Assembly: GCA_046563655.1 (NCBI GenBank)
Contig: CM102289.1
Span: 6,076,001 to 6,140,000 of the forward strand
Origin: Yuukianura sp. NJ FZ-2021
Taxonomy: Eukaryota
DNA length: 64,000 nt
Reading direction: 5' to 3'
The notes beneath the pieces were generated by a model. The model was not told the origin of the DNA. It ran no database searches and saw only the letters and a list, made by a program, of their open reading frames with translations. This document shows positions 50,880 to 63,156 of this stretch, piece after piece; the first letter of the stretch is position 1, and each line of letters begins with the position of its first letter. The position numbers were made by a program, and so were the translations under genes.

Positions 50880-53080
50880 ATGATTGTGGAACTGGCATTG
50901 CTGTTAGTTGTGGCGTATTTGATTTGGTTTTATGTTGAGAATTTCTTCGATACGGACGGGGCGCCTCCGGGTAATAACTTTGTTATTAATTTAAAAACAA
51001 ACATAACTAATAACTCTGATGTTATACATTTCATCGGTAACTTGAATTTTGTTTTTAAAAACAAGGGCCCATACGCATTCCTCCATTTGGAAACTTGATT
51101 CAAATTGGATTTGCACATAACAAGAGTCATATTGCTTTTGCGAATTTGTCAAAAAAGTATGGAGATGTCATGAGTATTAAAGTGGGTTTGATGGAAGCAG
51201 GTAGAATTGTTTATCAGAAATATATTTAACTAATATAATTTTAATTACTTTTCATTTTTCAAAAGTTATTTTATCTTCATACGAAGCTGTGCGAAATGTT
51301 TTCACCAAAGATGAAACTTGTGCCCGTCTCATTGCATCATTCGTTTGGGAGAGAAATTTAAGACAAAAGATAGGCAAGTAACAATAAAATTATGTTAGAA
51401 TGCTCGTAATTTTGAACTGAAAAAAATTTTTCTTTTAGGCTTGGTATTCTCTGAAGGACAATTTCACACAGATACTCGAAAATATTGCAGAGATGCTTTA
51501 AAATGCTATGGGTTTGGAGATCGTATTGCAATGCAGACCATGTTGCTAGAAGAATTGAACACCGAATTTATAAAGATTATAGACAATGAAGCCAAATCCA
51601 GCCCAGAGTCCACAGTTCATTTTGACCACTTGTTTTTTCAAAAATGCTTTATGAACATAATGGTAACTTTACTGACTGGCAAAAGATGGAGCTACACTGA
51701 TGAGAACTTCCAGGCTCTACTGCATCATAACGAAACAGTTATCAACAATGGAGCTTTAGGAACAGGCCTGCTAATTGCATTCCCTTTTCTAAGATACGTT
51801 TTCCCAGAGGCTTTAGGATACAACGCTATGATGACAGGATTTGCAGGGTTGCGTGATGTTGCTCTGGTAGTACAAACAATTTATCAAAAAAAAATATATT
51901 GATTTGCAAGCTTTCCCTGGGAAATTATGAAAAAGCCTTTCTTGAAATTTAGGGCGTGTTGGATGAAAGAGAAAAGCATCGTCTGAAGAACAGTCCAGAG
52001 TGTTTCACGGATAATTTTTTGGAAGAAAAAGACAAAGAAAAAGCGACTGGCAAAGGAATATTCACAGGTATTAAAAAACTAAGAAAAAAATTGTTAAGAA
52101 AAAACAATACTTTTAAAATCTTTTGGTTGCTTGGTTTAGAAGATCATTTTGTCGTTACCTTCTGCGACTTCGTCCATGCTGGCGGTGAAACTACAAGCAC
52201 CGTGGTTAACTTCATCATTCTTCTACTTACTGCATATCCGGAAGTGCAAGAAAAAGTTTACGAGGAAATTCTGGAAGTCATAGGACCTTCAGTGTCTCCG
52301 GCTATTGAAAACAGACATTTGTAACAAACGCCAAAAGTAATTTATTACTTTGATGAAGTTTACTTCTATCATATTCGTTTTTCACCATAGAATGCCTTAT
52401 ACTCAAGCAGTTATTCTGGAAGGACTTCGTTGGAACAGAGTCGTCGTAATTGGACCTCCAAGGAAAGCTACAAGCGACTTCTGCTATAAAAACTACAAAA
52501 TTAAAAAAGTAAGCAGCAAAAAAAGGAATTCAGAAGAACAGATTTTTTTAATTAGAAAAACAGATATTAGATATCGTAAAAGTAAACCTTTTTGTTACGT
52601 AAGATTCCCTTCTTAACCAAGTTTCAATTTTTCATTACTTTTTCTAAACAGGGGACTACACTGATGTTTAATCTCCAACCAATTTTTTTCAACAAAGAAT
52701 TTTGGGGAGACCCAGAGGTGTTTCGTCCTGAACGCTTTCTTGACTCGGATGGAAATGTTGACACAAAGAAAGCGGAAATTATTCAAATTGGATTTGGTGC
52801 AGGTGAAAATGATACACAATTGCTAAAAATTTAAAAAAAAATGGCTTTCATCCCACTCAAATCGTTTTTCAATCAATTTTTGTTTCCAGGAAAGCGTAAT
52901 TGTTTCGGTGAAGTTTTTGCTCGTGACAGCCTCTTCATTTTCGTGACGACTCTCATTCAAAGATTTAAATTTTCCCTCTCGCCTAAAAATCCGAAGCCAA
53001 GTTTGGAACCTATAGTAACTGCTACTCTGGCTCCAGAACCTTATGATGCGATTGTTACACCGCGACTGCAATTCCAATGA
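50880..53080 (+). CDS. Cytochrome P450 B (clan 2-like), paralog of A and C
   Basis: MIVELALLLVV anchor, PPGP, I-helix HAGGETT, EGLR, PERF, FGAGKRNCFG. Same intron positions as CYP A and C. Confidence 0.93.
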
Positions 53081-53794
53081 ATACATGAAATACTCAAATA
53101 GATGTGATATGGAAAGCAAAAACAGTTGCAAACGCCGTAACGAAGTAGTGAAACGGACAGTAAGCATATGAGTGTGAGAGCGACAATAATTTGACTCCAG
53201 AAAAACGGACGGACAGACGAACAGGCAAACACGAGCAAAAGCAGTGACAAAAACTGTTAAGCATCATTCTATTCGCTACCTAATAATTAAATCTTGCCTC
53301 AAATTTCTATTTTAATGTAAATCATTGTTTATAAACCAAATCCGAATTAGGAACAGCGACAGCGGCAGCGGCTCTATATTTTGAAATGTCTAGTACAAAG
53401 TGTTTTTTTTTCTTGGATTTACGATGGGTCGCTTCAAAGTCCAGAACAACACTGTAAATGGTCTGTATAGTTTTGTATTTTCGCGAGTCACAGTCAATGT
53501 TATGGCATGCGCATGACGCTTTTTTTATCCCAATGCAAAAGCAAACACGCACATCAACTAGACACAATCTGGAGAAAATTGACCTTGTCGTGTCAGCGGT
53601 TTATTTTTTTTGTTTTTGGTTGTTCCGTTGCTGATTTAATTTACCAAACTTCACACTCTCTCAGTTGAGTTTATGATATTAAAGAAGTTGCAGCTAGGTC
53701 CGTTTTGATTTCCAGAAGACCCAGTTTCTAGGCCTTGTTTTCAAACGTAACTGAATAAAAGTTTTGACAATCAACCTTAGAAATAGCAAATATA

Positions 53795-55983
53795 ATGTTT
53801 TTGGAACTATCATCACTGTTAGTTGTATTGTACCTGTTATGGTTTTATTTTGAAAACTTTGCCAAAAGGAATAAGGCACCTCCTGGTAATTTATTCATTT
53901 TTAATGTATAAAGGAAATTCAAACTTTCTAACTACTTGTAACATTAACTTTGCTGTTTGTAAATTAGTGTTGCTTTTTGTATGCAACAGGGCCAAAATGT
54001 ATCCCGCCATTTGGAAATCTGCTTCAAATTGGATTTGAACATAAAACGGCTCATATTGGCCTTGACAATCTGGCCAAAAAATATGGAGATGCCATGAGCA
54101 TTAAAATGGGGTTGATGGAAACTGGTAAATTCTTACTTAACAACACAACCAGAGTTGATATTCAATTGGTTAATTTTTATTTTTCTCCTTAAAGTTATTC
54201 TTTCGTCATACGAAGCTGTACGAAATGTTTACACCAAAGACGAAGCTTGTGGTCGTCTCTGCTCTGCATTTATTTGGGAAAGGAATCTCAAGCAAAATAT
54301 TGGCAAGTGAAATATGGATCTGCTGGCCTTTAGCTTTACAGATTTTTGTGTCGTATTTTTAAATGAGCAAATTTTTGAAATTTCTGAACCAAATTTATAA
54401 AAATTTTAGGCTTAGGCTTTGCCGAAGGACCCTCCCAGGCAGAGACTCGAAAATACTGTCGAGAAGTTTTAAAACGCTATGGGTTTGGAGATCGTATAGC
54501 CATGCAGACTATGTTGCTGGAAGAGTTAAACTCAGAATTCATAAAACATGTCGAAAATGAAGCTAAATCGAGCCCTGAGTCCATAATTCACATAGAACCT
54601 AACTTTTTCCAAAAATGCTTTTTGAACATTATGGTTACATTACTCACCAGCAAACGGTGGAGATACACTGATGAAAACTTTCAGGCTCTACTTCATTCTA
54701 ACGAAATACTTACCAACAATGCGGCTATGGGAACGGGTATAATGATTGCGTACCCTTTCCTATTACATGTTTTCCCGGAAGCGTTGGGATACAACGTTGT
54801 AATGTCAGGATTAGCCGGGATTCAAAAAGTTGCTCTGGTAATGTTCAAAATTTAGAAACTATTCTTCAACATGAGGTCATAATTCCTGATGAATTTTTAG
54901 AGCGTTTTGAACGAAAGAAGAAACTTGCGTCGCAAAAACAGTCCAGAATGTTTTACGGACAGTTTCTTGGACGAAATGGACAAAGAAAAAGAGACAGGCA
55001 CAAAAGTGTTTACAGGTTTGCTAACAAAAACAAATATTTAAAAGTTCAAAAGTGAATTATTTTGTTCTTGCTTGTTTTTTGCTATCAGAAGATCATTATG
55101 TAGTTCTTTTCTGCGACTTCATCCAAGCCGGTGCAGATACAACAAGCAACGTCGTAAACTTTACAATTCTTCAGCTTACAGCAAATCCAGATGTACAGGA
55201 AAAAGTTTACCAAGAAATTCTGGAAGTCATTGGACCGTCAGGGTTTCCAGCTATAGAAAATAGACAATCGTAATAATGACCAAAACTACAGATTTAAAAA
55301 AACAACAACATACAAACAACTTAACTATAGTTGTTGTTATTCATTTTAGAATGCCTTATACTCAAGCCGTTATTTTGGAAGCGCTTCGATGGAATCGAGT
55401 CGTCGTACTGGGACCTCCAAGGAAAGCCACAAGCGACTTTTGGTATAAAAACTACAAAATCAAAAAGGTAAAGCATCCAAAAGTAAACTTTTTCATGAAA
55501 GTAATCTTCTAACATAATTTTATCAAACAAACTTTAGAAATTTTTGCTTTTGGTTATTTTTTAAATTTTCCAAACAGGGAACTGTACTGATGTTTAACCT
55601 TCACAGCATCTTTTTCAACAAAGAATTTTGGGGAGACCCAGACGTGTTTCGTCCTGAACGTTTTCTCGATTCAAATGGAAATTTGGACACGAAGAAAGCG
55701 GAAATTATTCAAATTGGATTTGGAGCCGGTAAAACTAACAAACAAGCTAACTTTTAAAAATGAATTTATAACGTCAATTTTCTAACTAAATGTAGGAAAA
55801 CGCAATTGTTTTGGTGAAGTTTTTGCTCGTGACAGCCTCTTTATTTTTGTGACGACTCTTATCCAAAAATTCAAATTTTCCCTCTCCCCTAAACTTCCGA
55901 AACCAAGTATGGAACCCGTGGTAGGCGTTACTCTTGCTGCACCTCCTTATGATGCGATTGTCACAACACGTACACAATTGTAA
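53795..55983 (+). CDS. Cytochrome P450 C (clan 2-like), close paralog of B
   Basis: MFLELSSLLVVLYLLWFYFENF anchor, I-helix QAGADTT, EALR, PERF, FGAGKRNCFG. Stop at 55981-55983. Confidence 0.93.
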
Positions 55984-56062
55984 TTAACTACAAATTGCCT
56001 TTAAAATTATACAACAAAAGCAATAAATAAGTTTTCGCTTAAAAATTTATTCAATTTTTGAA

Positions 56063-57386
56063 TCATTGTTTATAAACGGAGTCCAGTTGTTTTTTCATAT
56101 AGTCGCGAACAGTGACAGCGTCTGTAGATTTTGAAATTTCTCCAACGTAGTTCGGTAGATGAGACAAAAGCGGTGCAATCAAAACTTCGTCATCCGGGAT
56201 AATAAAATACGCCAAGGATTGACGATCCAAGTGGTTCTTAACTTCGTGCTCTGACACTCCAACACGATGAATCTATTGTGAAGCATGAATTGACACATTT
56301 ATTAGTTTCATAAAGTTGAATTCAACTAGATTTTTCAATCTTTAATTTTTGAAATGAAACTGGATGTACCGTTGCTGGATATCTGCCACCAGACCAGTAG
56401 TTCAGCAGATTTCCCGTATTGACCAGAACTGGAGGTGTAATTTTCAAACAGAGTTTAGTTTAGTTTTAGCCTTAGTTGAAAATGCTTCAAAACAGTTTCT
56501 CACCTGCACCCGGAATGTATTTAGCAGCAATCCAAGTTCCTTCTTTGGTTAAAACCTTCAGTAAAGTAAGTTGAACTTTATAAATGTTACTGTAATTAAG
56601 TTTTAACATAAAATCGTTGAATTTCAAACAACCTCCAAACCACCTCCTTCGTCTTGCCACAAAAGCGTAAGAAGTCCAAAGTCCGCATGCGTAGAACACC
56701 GTTCCATACCTGGTTTGAGGCTAGGAACGTATGGGTAGTAGATGCTTTTGAGTCTTGTTAAATTTGAAACAGACGCGTCACTGAGCCCAAGGCATCTTTT
56801 GGCAAAATAGGATTCGTCATCTAATTTTAGCGACTTTGCAAAAACTTTTAAAATCCGCTTAATCAATGGTTCCGACTCTTCAGCCAATTTGAACATTGAA
56901 GTCACAACTGGCGAAACATCGGGATTCAACTTTTCCAAAATTCCATCAAAAGGATATGGTGGCATGTTGAAACTTTCACGGTACTTATTTCCAATCTGAA
57001 ATCTGCGAATTTACAACAATTTAGCACAAACTAACATGATTTTTTCTTGTTTTTATGATACTGACGCTTCATTTCTCCCGTCGTAGCCAAACGTCTTGCG
57101 CTCATCGTCAATAGAGTTGCACCCATTTTTAGTTTCAAGGTCCAACTCAAAAAATTTTCTGCTTTCGCTAAAAACTTTTTCTACCTGAAATTAAAATTGG
57201 TAAAAAATAGCTAAACTTTAATTTCGTAATACATTTGACTAACAAATAAATTTGTAACGTTACGGTTTCCTTCGAAATGCCATGCCCAGTGAGGTACAAA
57301 AATCCAACTTGTGAAAGTGCTTTGTCAACTTCAGTTGACACAGTTTCCCAATCCAAAGAAATATCAACTATCGGAATAGAAGTCAT
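56063..57386 (-). CDS. 2-oxoglutarate/Fe(II)-dependent dioxygenase (DIOX_N + 2OG-FeII_Oxy; IPNS/flavonol-synthase-like superfamily)
   Basis: N-terminal IPIVDIS...VGFLYLTGHGI, HADFGLLTLL (HxD), distal HRV, and RQS (RxS 2OG-binding). Multi-exon. Confidence 0.92.
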
Positions 57387-57939
57387 TTTCTACAACTTCA
57401 AGTTCGAACTAAAACTTAATATTGGAATCGGTGATTTACCAATTTATTTGAAATCATTCCCTAAGTTCCTGTAGAGTTGTTAAGTTATCTTAATGACGTA
57501 GTTAAACCTACGTTAATCAAGTAAATAATGAAGTAAGCTATTAGGAAGCAATTGAAACTAAGGAAAATCCATACAAAGCCAAATGGCCATTAGGAACAAA
57601 GAAAATATGAGTTATGTAAAGAGACGTTGGCTACTTGTAAACAGCAAAACAGAATGAATAATAACAACTACTACATTAGATTAATGTTTTAACATTAATT
57701 CATACAATTGATGAATATTTATTAAAATATTAGTTATTAACGCCAGACAATTATTCAGCAACCCTTTTTGCATATTAGCCACATGTCTGTTTTACACCAT
57801 GATTTAAATCCACGTTTCATCCACAACCGCCATCGAATCGCTATATTATGATTAAGCCTATTGTTAGTTTAGTACTATTTGCCAAGCATTGAGCGTTGGG
57901 CGATTCGTATTAGGTTACAATATTCAAGAGTTACAAGAC

Positions 57940-60900
57940 ATGGACAAAAACGAAAACTTAAGTTTTAGGTAAATTTCATACCACAATAAGAACACTGTTA
58001 AAATTCATGTTCTAGATTTTAACAATCTTGACTTGGAACAGATGGATTTTTAGAATCATCGAGAAAGGAATTTCGGAGACGCTAAGGATGTCAGATTTTT
58101 CAAAATTGGATACAGATGAATCGGATTACAGTAGTGGAACTGGACAAAGTTCATATTTGAAAAAAAATTTAAGAGAGCATTGGGAAAAACGTAAAAACCA
58201 TCGTTACGGGTTAATGTCCGCAATCTTCCATACGTTCAAATTCCCAATACTCTTCTGCCTTGTTGTTCGGATCCTTGATAGATGTTTCTTGATGTGAGCT
58301 TTACAAAACTTATAAAAACATGATGAATTCAAGAAATTATAAAATACTTTTGTTATTTACATTTCATAGGGCGGTAGAACGGCTTTTGCTCGGAGAAGTT
58401 ATTCAAGCAGTCCGCATTTGCAAAACAGGGAGTTGCTCAAATGCCTGGATTATAATTGGCTTCGTGATGGTGACTACTCTACGCTGTGTTCTACATAGAG
58501 TATTTTATTTTATCAACAAAGCACTCTGTAAGAAAGTGCGAATCGCAGTAACCTCTTTGTTTTACAGCAAGGTAAGAAAAAAAATCTAAACCCTGAATTT
58601 TTTAAACTTTGTTTAATATCAGTCATTTGTTTGTTAGCTGCTGCGTCTTAGTCTTAACTCTCTTCAAAAAATACGAACAGGAGACTTGGTTTCACTTGTG
58701 TGTTCTGGTGGAATGGCAATTGAAATGTCGTTCTTCATTCCCTCTATTATAACTGGTCCGCTACAAATTTTAGCTCAGTTTTACGTGCTCTGGACGAACT
58801 TTCAAGGAGCGTCTGGAAGTGGACTTGGAGTTTTAATCCTACTTGGAGTTTGGCAAAGTTTGAATGCAAAAATTTTCCAAACTGGTGTTTTCAATATTGA
58901 AAATAATTTCAAAAATTTCTTTGATCGAAGGTTACTTAGGAAAGCTGGGAACATACTACAGAACGAAAATCGCAATTGCTTCGGCAAGTCGATTAAGATT
59001 GGTTACACAAATTCTAAGTGGAATCAAAACAATAAAGCTGCGGACATTGGAAAATTTCTTTTACAATAAAGTTGCTACAGAACGAAGGTGAGTTTCTTTG
59101 CTCAGCATGTTTGAAAAATTTGAATGAAAACGTTCAAACAGTTTTGTATTTTTAGAAAAGGATGTATTGAACTTGGGAATTCAAATATTTTAGAAGCACT
59201 ACGTTACATAACGGCCTCATGTAGTCCGATCCTAGCCATGATCATTACCGTTTCTTGCTACGTGTTGTTTGGAAATGAAAAGTCTCCAGAACAAGTCTGT
59301 TTAAATTCCAAAACGAAAGGTCAAATTTCATTTTAAGAACACTGAATTTTTAAAAAAACTTATGCACTTTTAGATAGTCGTGGCTTCTACAATTTTCTAC
59401 CACCTTCGAGCAACTATTTTCGTGGATATACCAACCGGACTGAAACAACTTGGAAGTTTGAAAAACGTAGTGTGCCGGTTCCAAGTAAGTGTTAAAAATA
59501 AGCTTCAAATTTTCGAATAATACCCGAAAAAAATGAAAGTCAATTTTCAGGAAATCTTGCTTTTGGAAGAAGTAAATTCTCGTGTTCAAACTGATTTTGC
59601 GAAAGGCAACATTTCAATTACGAATTTAGTTTTGAAGTCGGATTGTAACAAACTGACTTTGGAAAATAGTATAATCAGAAACGGAAACTTGGATGTTGCA
59701 TATGGAGAATTTTTACAAATTGTCGGCAAAACTGGAAGTGGAAAGGTTGGTATGAAACTGATTTGTTAAACATCAGTGGCGTACACGCAGTAAATTTTAT
59801 GCTTTCAGTTTTTCTGGCCGAAAATTTTATGTTTCTTTAATCTTTTGTAGACTGCTTTGCTAAAAGCCATTTTGGGAGAACTGGCTTTGGACAGTGGTGA
59901 AATCAAAGTTGGTGGTAAAATTTCATATGCTTCGCAGGATCCTTGGATTTTTCCGGGAACAATTCGGCACAACATAACTTTCTATTCAAAATTTGATACT
60001 GCGAGATACAGGAAGATTATCGAAGCATGCGCACTCGTTGACGATCTAAACGCAATGCAGTTTGGTGACCTTACTGTCGTAGCTGAAGGTGGAGGTGACC
60101 TCAGCGGAGGTCAAAAGTCAAGAATTGCTTTAGCAAGGTAAAATGATGAAACGAATTCGAAAACAAAAGACATGATTTGAATTAAGTTAAAACTAAATTC
60201 TACGCTAAATTCTAGAGCCATCTACGCAGATGTGGAAATTTACATTCTGGATGACGTTTTGAGCAACATAGATGCTCATGTTGGAGCTCATGTTTTTAAC
60301 CACTGCATCAACGCCTTCCTTAAAGATAAAACTGTTATTCTCTGTTCTGGAAACAAAGTTTCTAGTGAACACCATAATGGAACGTTTGATAAGTTTGAAA
60401 AACAAATTCAACGTTTGAATGGAAATGCGAACAATTTAGCTCCAATTTCTGGAAGGACTGATTATCAACGAAGAATTCTCAAAAACTCCTACCTCGGAAT
60501 TGGTAAAAATGAAATTGAAAATTTGGAAGCTGAGAAAAAATCAAGTTCCAGCAGCACCGTTGAAGTATATTGGCAGTATTTAGCGATTGGATCTGGATAT
60601 AAACACTGTTTTCTTTACTGTGTTTTTACTATTTGCTTTATGACACTCTACCACCAAATGGAGTTTTGGTTACAACAAAGGTAACAAAATAAATAAAAGT
60701 CGTTGAAATTTTGAATTTTAAAAATGTTTTTTTGTTTCAGTTTCAAAAATCTCTCAACCGAACTGAACGTTAACTATGATCACATCGGATTTGCACTCGG
60801 AGTCATTTGCTTAATATTAGTAGCTGCGGGACAGCAAATATTTTTGCTAAAAATTATTAAAAATGGACGTGAACATTTTCATAACAAAATGCTTTCTTCT

Positions 60901-62894
60901 GTCCTTGCCGCTCCGCTTACGTATTTCACTAAAACGCCTCGAGGTAAAAAAAACGACCTGGTAAAATTGAGTTAAAGACAGGATTTTTTATCACTTTTTT
61001 TTTGAAAATTTACTTGTTTAGGTGAAATTTTGGAACAATTCAGTTCGAACTTGGCAGTGATTGATGAAATTTTTGCATTCAAGCTTCATGATGCCATTCA
61101 TGTAAGACAAACTTCAAATTTGTGTTTCATGCAAATTATTTTTAGTAAAATGTTTTTCTAGATTTTTTTGATGTACTTGGCTGGTTACTCAATTTTGGTC
61201 TACAAAGTCGGTGCAACTGCAACCGCTCCTCTTGTAGGGTTGTTCACCGTTGGTTTTTACGTGCAAAAGTTCAACATCAAAATATGTCAACAGTTGACAG
61301 TTTTGTCACAGAAAGGTTAGTGTAAGCCGCAAAAAATAAAAAATTATTATATTTATGTTGTTATACTTTTACAGCAAAAATTCCAATTGTATCGGGAATA
61401 ACATCTTCGATCAATGGAATAACAACAATAAGGGCACTGCGGAAATGTAAAGAAGTGGAACAACATTATGACCATTGCCTTGACACTAGGTTTTGGATTG
61501 ACCTTGCCCACTTGGGAGTCGATGACCTCGCGACTTTGGTCATTGACCTTACAACGATTGGACTTTTAAACGCTGCAGTGATTGCTGCCGTATTTTTTCC
61601 AACATATGGAATTGAGGCGGCACTTTCACCATTGTTGTCGTTTGGAGCTACAGTCGGATTTGCATTTTCACTCGGCGTTGTACTCGTGTCAAATGGAAAA
61701 TGCGCTGAAGGCATTCTGAACGTCCACCAAGTTCAACCTGAATCTTATTGTAACTTCAAAGAATATTTTTACCTCACTTGTTAAAAAAATGCATTTTAAA
61801 AAAAAATACGTTTGTATTTGCATTATAACCTTACAGCGTGTGTTAAGCAACAAGAAACAGACCTTACTCAGTGGCCGTGGAAAGGAAAAATTGTGTTTTC
61901 AGACGTTTCAGCCGAATATGAACCTGGGATTTCTGTTTTAAAAAATTTGAACTTTACTATACAACCTGGAGAAACTGTAAAACTCTTTTTATGCATTCAT
62001 AACTTCGTTTTTTTTATCAGTTCAAGCTTGCACTTTTTGTTTATGATAACAATCTAGGTTGCGATTATTGGGAAAACGGGATGCGGAAAATCAACTCTAA
62101 CCTCAACTCTTGTCCGATTAATTGAAATTTGCACTGGAGAAATCCTGATTGATGGTATCAACATTTGTGACGTTCCTTTGAAGCAATTGCGGCAGAAAGT
62201 GTTCGTTGTACCACAAGACCCTTTCGTTTTCCATGGAAGTTTGAGAATTTTCCTGGATCCAGTTGGAGAGTTCAGTGACGATGAAATCTGGGAGGCCCTT
62301 CACACAGTACAATTGGACAATATGTTTTCAACATTTGAAAATGGACTTCAAACTGAGGTTTCTGCAGTATTTTGTTAATTTCGAAAATGCAATATTTTGC
62401 AATAAATCCAAGAATTTCAACATCGATTTTTTTCAGATTGGTGAAATGCAAAGCGTGTTAAGTTCTGGACAGTTGCAACTCTTGAATTTGGCGAAAGCCG
62501 TTCTAGTAAAGCCGAGAATTTTGGTTTTGGACGAGTCAATGGCTTATATGGATGAAAAGTAAGGTTTTTTTTTTTCAAGTTTTAAAAATTGGTTTTTTCA
62601 AAAAACATTGATTTCAAACAGTACCAGTCAAATCGTCTCAAGGAACATTAGGAGTGTTCTGCCTAATACAACAATTGTGACAGTTTTGCATAGACTCACT
62701 TTCATTCATACCTTTGACAAGGTTATGATTATGGACAATGGGGAAGTTACCGTAAGTTGTATTTCTTTAAATTATGATTTATATTGATATGGTAGTTAAA
62801 TTTTTGCATGTTTAAGGATTATGGTTCTCCAGAATCTATCGCCAGTTTGTCATTGCCTGACGACAATTCAAAAGACGTCATAGACGTCAAGTAA
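57940..62894 (+). CDS. ABC transporter subfamily C (MRP4-like, TMD-NBD-TMD-NBD), multi-exon
   Basis: NBD1: GKTGSGKT, SYASQDPWIF, LSGGQKSRIALAR, IYILDD. NBD2: WPWKGKIVF, GKTGCGKS, VPQDP, LSSGQ, ILVLDE, HRL. Stop at 62892-62894. Confidence 0.9.
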
Positions 62895-63156
62895 AAGGAA
62901 CCGTAGATGTTTTTACAGTAATCAGTAACTCAAAAATACCAGAAAATTGTTGAGCTCGAATTTGATAAACAACTTTGCGGTTAATTTCGGCAACTTTTTT
63001 CCTACATTCAAATCAAATTGTTTGAGGTTTTCCTTGAGAATATAGAACTGCGAGTAGCGGATTTCTTTGATAAATGGAATAAACTAGTTTTAATTACTAA
63101 AATTTGAAGAAATAATTAAAGTCATTCAGTGATTTTTCTTTTTTTCAATTTGAAAA

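Noticed and set aside
56063..57386. Calling the dioxygenase isopenicillin N synthase (beta-lactam cluster)
   Set aside because: Only superfamily motifs are visible, and there is no ACV synthetase/NRPS in the window.
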